Shown here: positions 9,585-21,087 of the stretch, one piece after another | Layout of the letters: each line of letters starts with the position of its first letter | How positions within the stretch are numbered: the first letter of the stretch is position 1 | From: an uncultured Bacteroidia bacterium | GTDB lineage: Bacteria > CAIWAD01 > BS150m-G50 | Direction: 5' to 3' | Assembly: GCA_964517435.1 (NCBI GenBank) | Contig: CAZFEC010000004.1 | Coordinates: 22,608-86,607 of the forward strand | DNA: 64,000 nt | Made by a program: the position numbers and the translations under genes | The notes under the pieces: model-generated | Told to the model about the DNA's origin: nothing | Seen by the model: the letters and a program-made list of their open reading frames with translations, nothing else | Databases searched by the model: none

Positions 9585-10265
9585 ATGCTGCAGCTGACTG
9601 TACTGATAGTTATCGCTTACCTGCTCGGTTCGATTCCCACCAGCATTCTGGTGGTAAAGGGGATCAAGCGGGTGGATATCCGCGATTACGGCTCCGGTAA
9701 TGCGGGCGGAACCAACGTCGGCCGGGTGCTGGGGTGGAAATGGGCCGTGCTGGTGATTCTGGTGGATGCCCTCAAAGGCTGGCTGGCGGCGGCGGTGCTG
9801 CCGCTGTTCTTTCCCGGTACGCCTCTGGCCGCCGATCCCGGCTTCAGCAGTGTGATCGCCGGTGTGGCCGCCATGCTGGGGCATGTCTTTCCCCTTTTCG
9901 CCGGTTTCCGGGGCGGGAAGGGCGTGGCCACCGCGGCCGGCATCGCCATCGGTGTCTCGCAACCGTACTGGGTGATTCTGGCCGCACTCGGTCTCTTCGG
10001 GATCGTGCTGCTGAGCACCCGCTACATGTTCCTGGCTTCGATCAGCGGTGGCATCGCCTATGCCGTTCTGATCCATTTCTTTGCGGCGGCGGAAGCCGTC
10101 AGCCTGCGTATTTTCGCCATCGCCTGCGCGCTCCTGCTGATCATCCTGCATTACCGCAACATCGGCCGCTGGCGCCGGGGGGTGGAAAACCGCATCAGCC
10201 GCAAGTTGACCCCTGTTAGGCCTGCAATTGAGGACGAACCGCAAACAGGAGCTGAAGATGAGTGA
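9585..10265 (+). CDS. plsY: Glycerol-3-phosphate acyltransferase PlsY
   Basis: Contains 'GSGNAGGTN'. It is a polytopic membrane protein of 226 aa. Confidence 0.9.
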   Translation: MLQLTVLIVIAYLLGSIPTSILVVKGIKRVDIRDYGSGNAGGTNVGRVLGWKWAVLVILVDALKGWLAAAVLPLFFPGTPLAADPGFSSVIAGVAAMLGHVFPLFAGFRGGKGVATAAGIAIGVSQPYWVILAALGLFGIVLLSTRYMFLASISGGIAYAVLIHFFAAAEAVSLRIFAIACALLLIILHYRNIGRWRRGVENRISRKLTPVRPAIEDEPQTGAEDE

Positions 10266-11265
10266 TCCGACCAGAATCGCAGTGATAGGCGGTGGCAGTT
10301 TCGGAGCCACCCTGGCCATTCTGCTGCAGGAAAATGGACACACCGTCCGACTCTGGGAGTACCTGGAGGAGGAAATCGCCAAGTACGAGTCGGGCAACCG
10401 GGAAGTGGCGGTTCTGCCCGGCGTTTTTCTGCCGGAGACGATGTTCGTCAGCAACGACCTGCCGGAAGTGGTGCGGGGAGCCGAATTGATCCTGCTGGCG
10501 GTGCCGTCGCACGCCGTGCGCCCGATGGCGGCCCGGCTGAACGAGTTCGTCGACTGGGATCCCCTGCTGGTCTGCGTGGCGAAAGGAATCGAGGAGAACA
10601 CCCTGCTGCGGATGTCGGAACTGATCTCCACAGTATTCCCGGCGCTGCCCGCGGGCAAGCATGTCTGCCTGTCCGGACCCTCCCACGCCGAGGAAGTTTC
10701 GCGCCACATCCCCACCGCCGTCGTCGCCGCCTCCCGGGAGATGGCGTCAGCGGCCCGGGTCCAGGAAATCTTCTCGACCGAGTACTTCCGCGTCTACACC
10801 AACGACGACCTCGCCGGCGTCGAGGTGGGTGGTTCGGTCAAGAATGTAATCGCGCTGGCGGCGGGTATCTGCGACGGTCTCGGCTTCGGCGACAATACCA
10901 AGGGGGCGCTGCTCAACCGCGGCCTGGTCGAGATCGGCCGGCTGGGAATGCAGATGGGCGCCCGGCGGGATACTTTCTTCGGTCTGTCCGGTATGGGCGA
11001 TCTGATCACGACCTGTATGAGCCGCCATTCCCGGAACCGTTTCGTCGGCGAGGAGATCGGTAAGGGACGCAAGCTGCCGGAAATCCTGGACAGCATGCAG
11101 ATGGTGGCGGAGGGTGTCAAGACCACCCGGTCGGTCAATGATCTGATGCAACGCCATGAGATCGATATGCCCATTTCTCATTCGGTATACAGGATCCTGT
11201 TCGAGGAGATCGATCCCGGACAGGAGGTAACCGACCTGATGAAGCGAAAACTTAAACAGGAGTAG
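10258..11265 (+). CDS. gpsA: NAD(P)H-dependent glycerol-3-phosphate dehydrogenase
   Basis: Contains 'IAVIGGGSFGATLA'. An AGGAG SD precedes the ATG at 10258. The track's earlier start at 10228 is less likely. Confidence 0.9.
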   Translation: MSDPTRIAVIGGGSFGATLAILLQENGHTVRLWEYLEEEIAKYESGNREVAVLPGVFLPETMFVSNDLPEVVRGAELILLAVPSHAVRPMAARLNEFVDWDPLLVCVAKGIEENTLLRMSELISTVFPALPAGKHVCLSGPSHAEEVSRHIPTAVVAASREMASAARVQEIFSTEYFRVYTNDDLAGVEVGGSVKNVIALAAGICDGLGFGDNTKGALLNRGLVEIGRLGMQMGARRDTFFGLSGMGDLITTCMSRHSRNRFVGEEIGKGRKLPEILDSMQMVAEGVKTTRSVNDLMQRHEIDMPISHSVYRILFEEIDPGQEVTDLMKRKLKQE

Positions 11266-11268
11266 TTG

Positions 11269-12555
11269 ATGGCCACCATTGGCAGAATCCAGGAGCATCT
11301 GGACCAGGAAGTCGAGCTGCGCGGCTGGGTCTACAACAGCAGTTCCAAGGGGAAGCTGCACTTCATCCAGCTGCGGGACGGCACCGGCGTCATTCAGTGC
11401 GTCATCTTCAAGGGGGATGTCAGCGCGGAGGCTTTTGAACAAGCAGGGCATCTGACCCAGGAATCGGCCATCGTCGTCCGCGGCCGCGTGGTGGAGGACA
11501 AGCGCTCCCGGCTCGGTTTCGAAATCCAAGTCGCCGATCTGGAAATCGTCCAGCAGTGCGAGGATTACCCGATCACTCCCAAGGAGCACGGCACTTCCTT
11601 CCTGATGGATCACCGGCACCTCTGGATGCGTTCGAGCCGCCAGCACGCCGTGCTGCGGGTCCGGCACGAGCTGGTCCGCGCCATTCGCGAGTTCTTCGAC
11701 GAACGGGATTTTATCAACGCCGATGCGCCGATCTTCACGCCTACCTCCGTCGAAGGTACCACGACGCTCTTCGCGACCGACTACTTCGACGACACAGCCT
11801 ACCTGACCCAGTCGGGGCAGCTCTACAACGAGGCCACCGCCATGGCGTTCGGCAAGGTCTACTGCTTCGGCCCCACCTTCCGGGCCGAGAAGTCGAAGAC
11901 CCGGCGCCACCTGACCGAGTTCTGGATGGTGGAACCGGAAGTGGCCTGGATGGATCTCAACGAAGATATCGAGCTGGCGGAGGATTTCCTGGAACACATC
12001 GTTCACCGGGTCCTGCGGGAACGACGGGCGGAACTGGAGCTGCTCGAACGGGACCTCAGCAAGCTGGAGGTGGTTCGCAAGCCGTTCCCGCGCATCACTT
12101 ACGACGAGGCGGTGCAGATTCTGAAGGAAGAGGGCGTCGACTTCAACTGGGGCGATGATTTCGGCGGCGGGGATGAAACCGTCATCTCCAGCCGCTTCGA
12201 TAAACCGGTCATCATCCACCGCTATCCGGCGTCGCTGAAACCGTTTTACATGAAACACGACCCGGAAGATCCCCGCCTGGCGCTCAATATGGATGTGCTG
12301 GCGCCGGAAGGGTACGGGGAGATTATCGGCGGCGGCCAGCGGGAGGATGACTACGACCTGCTGCTGCAGCGGCTGCGGGCGGAGAAACTGCCCGAATCGG
12401 CCTATGAATGGTATCTCGATCTACGTACCTACGGCAGTGTGCCCCATGCGGGTTTCGGGCTGGGTGTCGAGCGGACCGTTACTTGGCTGACCGGCGTCAG
12501 TCACCTGCGGGAGGCGATCCCCTTCCCGCGGCTGATCTCGCGTCTCAAGCCCTAG
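11269..12555 (+). CDS. asnS: Asparagine--tRNA ligase
   Basis: Class II aaRS motifs. The ~430 aa length fits AsnRS rather than AspRS. Confidence 0.8.
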   Translation: MATIGRIQEHLDQEVELRGWVYNSSSKGKLHFIQLRDGTGVIQCVIFKGDVSAEAFEQAGHLTQESAIVVRGRVVEDKRSRLGFEIQVADLEIVQQCEDYPITPKEHGTSFLMDHRHLWMRSSRQHAVLRVRHELVRAIREFFDERDFINADAPIFTPTSVEGTTTLFATDYFDDTAYLTQSGQLYNEATAMAFGKVYCFGPTFRAEKSKTRRHLTEFWMVEPEVAWMDLNEDIELAEDFLEHIVHRVLRERRAELELLERDLSKLEVVRKPFPRITYDEAVQILKEEGVDFNWGDDFGGGDETVISSRFDKPVIIHRYPASLKPFYMKHDPEDPRLALNMDVLAPEGYGEIIGGGQREDDYDLLLQRLRAEKLPESAYEWYLDLRTYGSVPHAGFGLGVERTVTWLTGVSHLREAIPFPRLISRLKP

Positions 12556-12576
12556 ACAGCATACTGAAACCGGCCG

Positions 12577-12841
12577 TTGCGGCCGGCACGGCGGGAGGCT
12601 ACCGTGCGGTTGGTGGCGAAAGGACTGGTCCAGGGCGTCGGTTTCCGCTGGTTCGTCAAGAGCCGGGCGGAAGCGCTCCAAGTGCGCGGTTGGGTGCGCA
12701 ATCTACCCGACGGTTCCGTCGAAATCTGCGCGGCTGGTTCACCGGAAGCTCTGCAGGAGCTGCACCGCGACATTATGACCGGCAACAGCTGGTGCCGCGT
12801 GGACACCCTTACCGAGACAACAGCAACAGAGGAGATCGGCG

Positions 12842-12870
<29 letters not shown>
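12577..12870 (+). CDS. Acylphosphatase
   Basis: Contains 'VKGLVQGVGFRWFV'. 97 aa. Confidence 0.8.
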
Positions 12871-15383
<2,513 letters not shown>

Positions 15384-15392
15384 GAGGTGCTA

Positions 15393-15956
15393 ATGGCTAC
15401 TACAGCGGACTTTCGCAACGGGCTTACGATCGAACACAAGGGTAACCTGGTCAGTATCGTCGAGTTTCAGCATGTCAAACCGGGCAAGGGAGGCGCCTTC
15501 GTTCGCTCCAAGCTGAAGAATGTGCGGACCGGCCGGGTGGTGGAGCATACTTTCCGCGCCGGGGAAAAGGTGGAGGTGGTGCGTCTGACCAATCGCAAGA
15601 TGCAATACCTCTACCGCGACGGCACCGGCTTCAACTTCATGGATATGGAAACCTACAACCAGGTAGCCATTCCGGAGGAGCTGGTCGGCGATCAGGCGCG
15701 TTTCATGAAAGAGTCGGAAATGGTCGCTGTTTTGTATCACGGCGAAGAACCGCTGGGCGTGGAGATCCCCTTCCACGTGGAGCTGGAGGTCGTGAAGACC
15801 GATCCCGGCGTCAAAGGTGACACCGCCCAGGGCGGCACCAAGCCGGCCGAGCTGGAATCGGGCGCCGTGGTCCAGGTTCCGCTTTTCATCAATGAAGGGG
15901 ATGTCCTGCGTATCGATACCCGTACCGGCGAATACATGGAACGGGCCAAGAAATAG
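15393..15956 (+). CDS. efp: Elongation factor P
   Basis: Contains 'KPGKGGAFVRSKLKNVRTG'. Confidence 0.95.
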   Translation: MATTADFRNGLTIEHKGNLVSIVEFQHVKPGKGGAFVRSKLKNVRTGRVVEHTFRAGEKVEVVRLTNRKMQYLYRDGTGFNFMDMETYNQVAIPEELVGDQARFMKESEMVAVLYHGEEPLGVEIPFHVELEVVKTDPGVKGDTAQGGTKPAELESGAVVQVPLFINEGDVLRIDTRTGEYMERAKK

Positions 15957-15965
15957 GAGGTCCCT

Positions 15966-16434
15966 TTTGAATTTTCATGATATCAAGAAACTGGTCAAGC
16001 TGGTGGAAAACAGCGAGATCGGCCGGATTGAGATCGAGGAACCGGATTTCCGCATTGCCATTGAGAAACAGTTGTTGACCGAGGCTGCGACCCAGCCGCC
16101 GGTCGTCCTGCCGGCGACGGCCGCACCGGTGACGCCAGCCACGGCGCCGGCACCCGCTCCGCCCGTGGAGGAGACCCCTGCACCCGCCGATAACCAGCAT
16201 GTGATCACCTCGCCGATGGTCGGAACCTTCTACACAGCCCCCTCGCCGGATGATCCCGATTTTGCCAGCGTGGGCGACGAGGTCACTCCCGGCCAGGTAA
16301 TCTGCATCATCGAAGCGATGAAAGTGATGAATGAAATCGAAGCGGACATCCGCGGCATCGTCCGCCGGGTGATGGTTGACAATTCACAGCCGGTCCAGTT
16401 CGAGGACCCGCTGTTCATTATCGAACCCCTCTAG
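15966..16434 (+). CDS. accB: Acetyl-CoA carboxylase biotin carboxyl carrier protein
   Basis: Contains the 'EAMKVMNEIEAD' biotinyl-Lys motif and a Pro/Ala linker. The start was taken as a TTG after an AGGAGG. The track ORF extends upstream into efp. Confidence 0.85.
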
Positions 16435-16442
16435 AGGACAGC

Positions 16443-17795
16443 TTGTATAAACGAGTACTGATAGCCAACCGCGGTGAAATCGCCCTGCGCATCATCCGCG
16501 CCTGCCGTGAGTTGAACGTGGAGACGGTCGCGGTCTACAGCACCGCCGATGAAGACGCACTCCACGTGCGTTTCGCCGATCACGCGGTTCGCATCGGTCC
16601 CGGTCCCAGCAGTGAGTCCTATCTCAACCGCAGCGCGCTCATCAGCGCGGCGGAGGTCTCCGGCGCCGACGCTCTCCATCCCGGCTACGGTTTCCTGGCG
16701 GAGAATGCCGACTTCAGCGATATGTGCGAAATGCATGGTATCGCCTTCATCGGGCCCTCCGCGGAGATGATCCGCCGCATGGGCGACAAGGCGGTCGCCA
16801 AGCAACTGATGACCGCGGCGGGTGTGCCGGTAGTGCCGGGCAGCGACGGCGAGGTGGACAATCCGCGGGTGGCGAAAGAGCTGGCGGTGGGGATCGGTTT
16901 TCCGGTCATTCTCAAGGCCAGCGCCGGCGGCGGCGGACGCGGCATGCGCATCGCCAATACCCCGGACGATGTCGAGAGCGCGTTCAACATGGCCAGCCAG
17001 GAAGCGGAGAGCGGCTTCGGCAACGGCGCCCTCTACCTGGAGAAGTACATTATCAACCCGCGCCATGTCGAGATGCAGATCCTGGGCGATGCGCAGGGCA
17101 ACATCATTCATCTGAATGAACGCGACTGTTCAATACAGCGGCGGCATCAGAAGCTGATCGAGGAGTCCCCTTCTCCCGCGGTGTCGGTCGAACTGCGGGA
17201 GCGGATGGGCGAGGCGGCCGTCAACGCCGCCCGGTCGGTAAACTACCAGACCGCCGGCACCATCGAGTTCCTGCTGGACCACGAGGAGCATTTCTACTTC
17301 ATGGAGATGAACACGCGGATCCAGGTGGAACATCCCATCACGGAGCAGATCACCGGCATCGACCTGATCATGGAACAGATCCGCACCGCGTCCGGCGGTG
17401 AGCTGAAAACCCGGCAGAACCAGGTCGTCCCCCGCGGCCACGCCATCGAGTGCCGCATCAACGCGGAGGATCCCCGTCACAACTTCCGCCCTTCGCCGGG
17501 ACGTATCACGTCGCTGAACCTGCCGGGCGGGCTGGGCGTGCGGGTTGATACACATGTCTATGCCGGTTACGAGATCCCGACCTTCTACGATTCCCTCATC
17601 GCCAAGTTGATAGTTCACGCCGAGACGCGCAAACAGGCCGTGAAAAGATTGCAGCGGGCTCTGGACGAGTTTATCATTGAAGGTGTGGCCAACACCATCG
17701 ACTATCACCGTCAGGTGGTGCAGGTCGACGCCTTTGTTGAAGGCAACTACGATACTTCATTTGTTGAGCGCTTTGAATACAGGGAGGAAGAATGA
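16443..17795 (+). CDS. accC: Acetyl-CoA carboxylase biotin carboxylase subunit
   Basis: 450 aa with full-length ATP-grasp biotin carboxylase similarity. Confidence 0.95.
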   Translation: MYKRVLIANRGEIALRIIRACRELNVETVAVYSTADEDALHVRFADHAVRIGPGPSSESYLNRSALISAAEVSGADALHPGYGFLAENADFSDMCEMHGIAFIGPSAEMIRRMGDKAVAKQLMTAAGVPVVPGSDGEVDNPRVAKELAVGIGFPVILKASAGGGGRGMRIANTPDDVESAFNMASQEAESGFGNGALYLEKYIINPRHVEMQILGDAQGNIIHLNERDCSIQRRHQKLIEESPSPAVSVELRERMGEAAVNAARSVNYQTAGTIEFLLDHEEHFYFMEMNTRIQVEHPITEQITGIDLIMEQIRTASGGELKTRQNQVVPRGHAIECRINAEDPRHNFRPSPGRITSLNLPGGLGVRVDTHVYAGYEIPTFYDSLIAKLIVHAETRKQAVKRLQRALDEFIIEGVANTIDYHRQVVQVDAFVEGNYDTSFVERFEYREEE

Positions 17796-18169
17796 ACGTT
17801 CCGTCAGATCTGCTCTACACCATCGAGCATGAATGGGTGAAAATCGAAGGAGATACAGCCACGATCGGCATCACCGATTATGCGCAATCGGAGCTGGGCG
17901 ACATTGTGATGATCGAGTTGGAAGGGCCCGGCCTGAAAGTGGCTATCGGTGATTCACTCGGCACCCTGGAAGCGGTCAAAACGGTTTCCGATATCTACGC
18001 TCCGCTCAGCGGCGAAGTGATAGAGGTGAACGCCGACCTGGAAATGGAACCGGAGAAGATCAACGAGGATCCCTACGGTTCCGGCTGGATCGTGAAGATC
18101 CGCATGAGCGCTGCCGCCGAAAAGGAACAGCTGATCAGCGCGCAGGACTACGCCGGACAAATCGAATAG
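17792..18169 (+). CDS. gcvH: Glycine cleavage system H protein
   Basis: Contains the 'LEAVKTVSDIYAPLSGEV' lipoyl-Lys motif. Confidence 0.95.
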   Translation: MNVPSDLLYTIEHEWVKIEGDTATIGITDYAQSELGDIVMIELEGPGLKVAIGDSLGTLEAVKTVSDIYAPLSGEVIEVNADLEMEPEKINEDPYGSGWIVKIRMSAAAEKEQLISAQDYAGQIE

Positions 18170-18196
18170 ATGAACCGGCAGGGTTGAGTAAACAAA

Positions 18197-18232
18197 AGCG
18201 CCGGAGCGGACCTTCCGCATCTGGCGTTTTTT
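18197..18232 (+). terminator. Rho-independent terminator-like hairpin after gcvH
   Basis: GCGCCGGAGCGGA-cct-TCCGCATCTGGCG followed by a T7 run. Confidence 0.5.
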
Positions 18233-18250
18233 TCGAGTCGATAAGCTTAC

Positions 18251-19621
18251 GTGATACAAATACTACCGGGAGTTTTAGACGTGTATATACCCATCACTGA
18301 CGCCGAGCGGCGCGAGATGCTGGCCGCGATCGGCGTCGATTCGTTCACCGACCTGCTGCGCAGCATTCCGGAGGAGCTGCGTCAGCGTGAACCGTTGCAA
18401 CTGGGGGAGGGGCTGGCCGACGCCGAACTGGAGCGCTGGTTCGCCGCCCTTGCCGCCAGGAACGATATTCCCGATCCCGTCAATTCGTTTCTGGGCGGCG
18501 GCGCGTATCACAATTACATCCCGGCCGTGGTCCAGAGCATCGTAGCGCGTCCGGAGTTCCGCACCGCTTACACACCCTATCAGGCCGAGGTCTCGCAGGG
18601 CACGCTGCAGGTCATCTACGAATTCCAGTCGCACATCAGTAACCTGACCGATATGGATATCGCCAACGCCTCGCTCTACGAAGCGGGCAGCGCGCTGGTG
18701 GAAGCCTGCACCCTCTGCCTGGGCGCAACGCGGCGTCGCAAGCTATTGGTGCCGCAATCGCTCAATCCCCGCTACCTGGCGGTGCTGCACACCTATTTCG
18801 ATTCGCTTGATTACGAACTGGTGCCGCTGACGCTGCGGGACGACACTATCGACCTGGAGCAGCTGCGGTCGCTCGCCGATACAGAGACCGCCGCGGTGAT
18901 CGTGCAGTCGCCCAACTACTTCGGCAGCATCGAAGCCGAAACGGAGGTGCGGGATATCGTCGCGGCGCAGGGCGTTAAGTACGTCAGCTGTTTCGATCCG
19001 GTGGCGCTCGGTGTTCTGCGTACGCCGGGTGAAATCGGAGCCGATGTTGCGGTCGGCGAAGGGCAGAGCATTGCGGTGCCGGTCAGCTGGGGCGGTCCCT
19101 ACCTGGGGCTGTTCGCGGCGCGTCAGGAATATGTGCGCAAAATGCCGGGCCGCCTGATCGGAGCCACCGAAGATGTCGACGGTAAACCCGGTTTCGTGAT
19201 GACGCATCAGACCCGCGAGCAGCACATCCGCCGCGACAAGGCCACCTCGAACATCTGCACCAACCAGGCGCTGGTGGCCCTGGCGGCGACTATCTATCTC
19301 TCACTGATCGGGGAGAAAGGGCTGACCACGCTGGCGGAGGATCTCTACAGCAAGGGAGTCTACCTGGAGGAGCGGCTTGCCGCGATTCCGGGCGTCAAGC
19401 TGTGGAACCGCGCGCCGTTCTTCCGTGAATTCGTCATCGAATTGCCAGAACCGGCGGCGGCGGTGCTGGAGCGGTTGCGCGATGCCGGTCTGCACGGCGG
19501 CATCGACCTGAGCGGTTGCGGCCTGTCCCGGCACCTGCTGGTGGCCACACACGAACTGCACCGGCTCGAAGATCTCGACCGGCTGGCCGCTGCGCTGCCG
19601 GCCGCGCTCACCTCAAATTGA
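18251..19621 (+). CDS. gcvPA: Glycine dehydrogenase (decarboxylating) subunit 1
   Basis: Full-length GcvPA similarity. The track start, GTG at 18251, is itself a copy of the GTGATACA octamer. A GTG at 18281 ('YIPITDAE') is a likelier start. Confidence 0.85.
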   Translation: MIQILPGVLDVYIPITDAERREMLAAIGVDSFTDLLRSIPEELRQREPLQLGEGLADAELERWFAALAARNDIPDPVNSFLGGGAYHNYIPAVVQSIVARPEFRTAYTPYQAEVSQGTLQVIYEFQSHISNLTDMDIANASLYEAGSALVEACTLCLGATRRRKLLVPQSLNPRYLAVLHTYFDSLDYELVPLTLRDDTIDLEQLRSLADTETAAVIVQSPNYFGSIEAETEVRDIVAAQGVKYVSCFDPVALGVLRTPGEIGADVAVGEGQSIAVPVSWGGPYLGLFAARQEYVRKMPGRLIGATEDVDGKPGFVMTHQTREQHIRRDKATSNICTNQALVALAATIYLSLIGEKGLTTLAEDLYSKGVYLEERLAAIPGVKLWNRAPFFREFVIELPEPAAAVLERLRDAGLHGGIDLSGCGLSRHLLVATHELHRLEDLDRLAAALPAALTSN

Positions 19622-19632
19622 AAGCGACACCC

Positions 19633-21087
19633 ATGAAGCGACAATTGATATTCGATCTCTCCAGTCCCGGCAAGAGCGGTTACCGTTTTACCGAGAGCCG
19701 GGTGCCCGCTGCAGAGTTGCCGGTGGAACTGCGACGCCGCACGCCTGCCGGTTTGCCTGAAGTCAGCGAGCCGGAAGTCGTACGGCATTTCACCAATCTG
19801 TCGGTGAAGAACCACCATGTCGACCGTGACTTCTACCCGCTGGGCTCCTGCACCATGAAGTACAATCCCCGCGTAAACGAACACATCGCGGCGGCATACA
19901 ATTTCGGCGACGCCCACCCGGAGTTGCCGGAGGAATGCGTACAGGGGAATCTGCAATTGCTCTGGGAGTTGCAGGAATCGCTGCAGACGCTGACCGGCTT
20001 CAACGCCTGCACTCTACAGCCGGTCGCCGGCGCCCACGGCGAGCTGACCGCGCTGCTGATGATTCGCCGTTATCACGAGGAACAGGGAAAACCGCGCCGG
20101 GTGATCATCATCCCCGATTCCTCCCACGGTACCAATCCCGCTTCCATTCACAGCGCCGGCTATGAGGTCCTGCAGTTGAAGTCGAACCAGCGCGGCGAAA
20201 TCAACCTCGACGAGCTGGCGGAACACCTGAACGAGGAAGTGGCGGCTTTCATGATCACCAATCCCAATACGCTGGGATTGTTCGAATCAAACATCGCGGA
20301 GATCTGTCGCCTGACTCACGAAGCCGGCGGGCTGGTTTACCTGGACGGCGCGAACCTTAACGCCCTGATGGGGCTGGCCAGACCGGTAGACATGGGATTC
20401 GACGTCATGCACATCAATGTGCATAAAACCCTCTCCACTCCTCACGGTGGCGGCGGCCCGGGCGGCGGCCCGGTGCTCTGCGGCGACAAGCTGGTGCCCT
20501 TCCTGCCGGTGCCGCTGGTGGTGCGGGAGGGCGACCGTTTTCGACTCGACAATGAGCGGCCGCAATCCATCGGCCGGGTACAATCCTGGAACGGCAACTT
20601 CATGATCCTGATCCGCGCCCTGGCCTACATCCGGAAGCTGGGTGGCGAGGGGCTGCGTCGGGTCAGCGAGACGGCCGTCATCAATGCCAACTACCTGCGC
20701 CGGAAACTGGAACCGCATCTCGATCTGCCGTTCCAGGGTGATACACTCCACGAAGTGGTCTTCTCGGGACGCAACCTCAAGCAGTACGGCGTTAAAACGC
20801 TGGATGTCGCCAAGCGGCTGCTCGACTACGGCGTTCACGCCCCGACCGTTTACTTCCCGTTGATCGTGCCGGAAGCCCTGATGATCGAACCGACCGAGAC
20901 GGAAAGCAAGGCGACGCTGGACCGCTTCGCGGATGCCATGATCAGCATCGTGCAGGAAGCGGCATCCGATCCGGAGCTGCTGCTGGCCGCGCCGGTAAGC
21001 ACACCGGTACGCCGGCTCAACGACGTGGCGGCGATCAAGCGCTCCGACCTCGGCTGGAAGAAGCCGGACGCCCTGACCGTGGATTGA
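19633..21087 (+). CDS. gcvPB: Glycine dehydrogenase (decarboxylating) subunit 2
   Basis: Begins 'MKRQLIFDLSSPGKSGY'. PLP-dependent GcvPB similarity. Start set at the in-frame ATG at 19633. Confidence 0.9.
   Translation: MKRQLIFDLSSPGKSGYRFTESRVPAAELPVELRRRTPAGLPEVSEPEVVRHFTNLSVKNHHVDRDFYPLGSCTMKYNPRVNEHIAAAYNFGDAHPELPEECVQGNLQLLWELQESLQTLTGFNACTLQPVAGAHGELTALLMIRRYHEEQGKPRRVIIIPDSSHGTNPASIHSAGYEVLQLKSNQRGEINLDELAEHLNEEVAAFMITNPNTLGLFESNIAEICRLTHEAGGLVYLDGANLNALMGLARPVDMGFDVMHINVHKTLSTPHGGGGPGGGPVLCGDKLVPFLPVPLVVREGDRFRLDNERPQSIGRVQSWNGNFMILIRALAYIRKLGGEGLRRVSETAVINANYLRRKLEPHLDLPFQGDTLHEVVFSGRNLKQYGVKTLDVAKRLLDYGVHAPTVYFPLIVPEALMIEPTETESKATLDRFADAMISIVQEAASDPELLLAAPVSTPVRRLNDVAAIKRSDLGWKKPDALTVD

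Noticed and set aside
10747-12258. 503-aa − strand ORF antisense to gpsA and asnS, and many similar long antisense ORFs (e.g. 8883..10715, 23912..25447, 42443..43618, 59373..60167)
   Set aside because: Each lies opposite a confidently identified conserved gene. These are high-GC frame artefacts.
18251-18280. Track start codon GTG at 18251 for gcvPA
   Set aside because: The GTG-ATA-CAA that creates this start is itself a copy of the GTGATACA octamer. A downstream GTG at 18281 gives the conserved GcvPA N-terminus (YIPITDAE).
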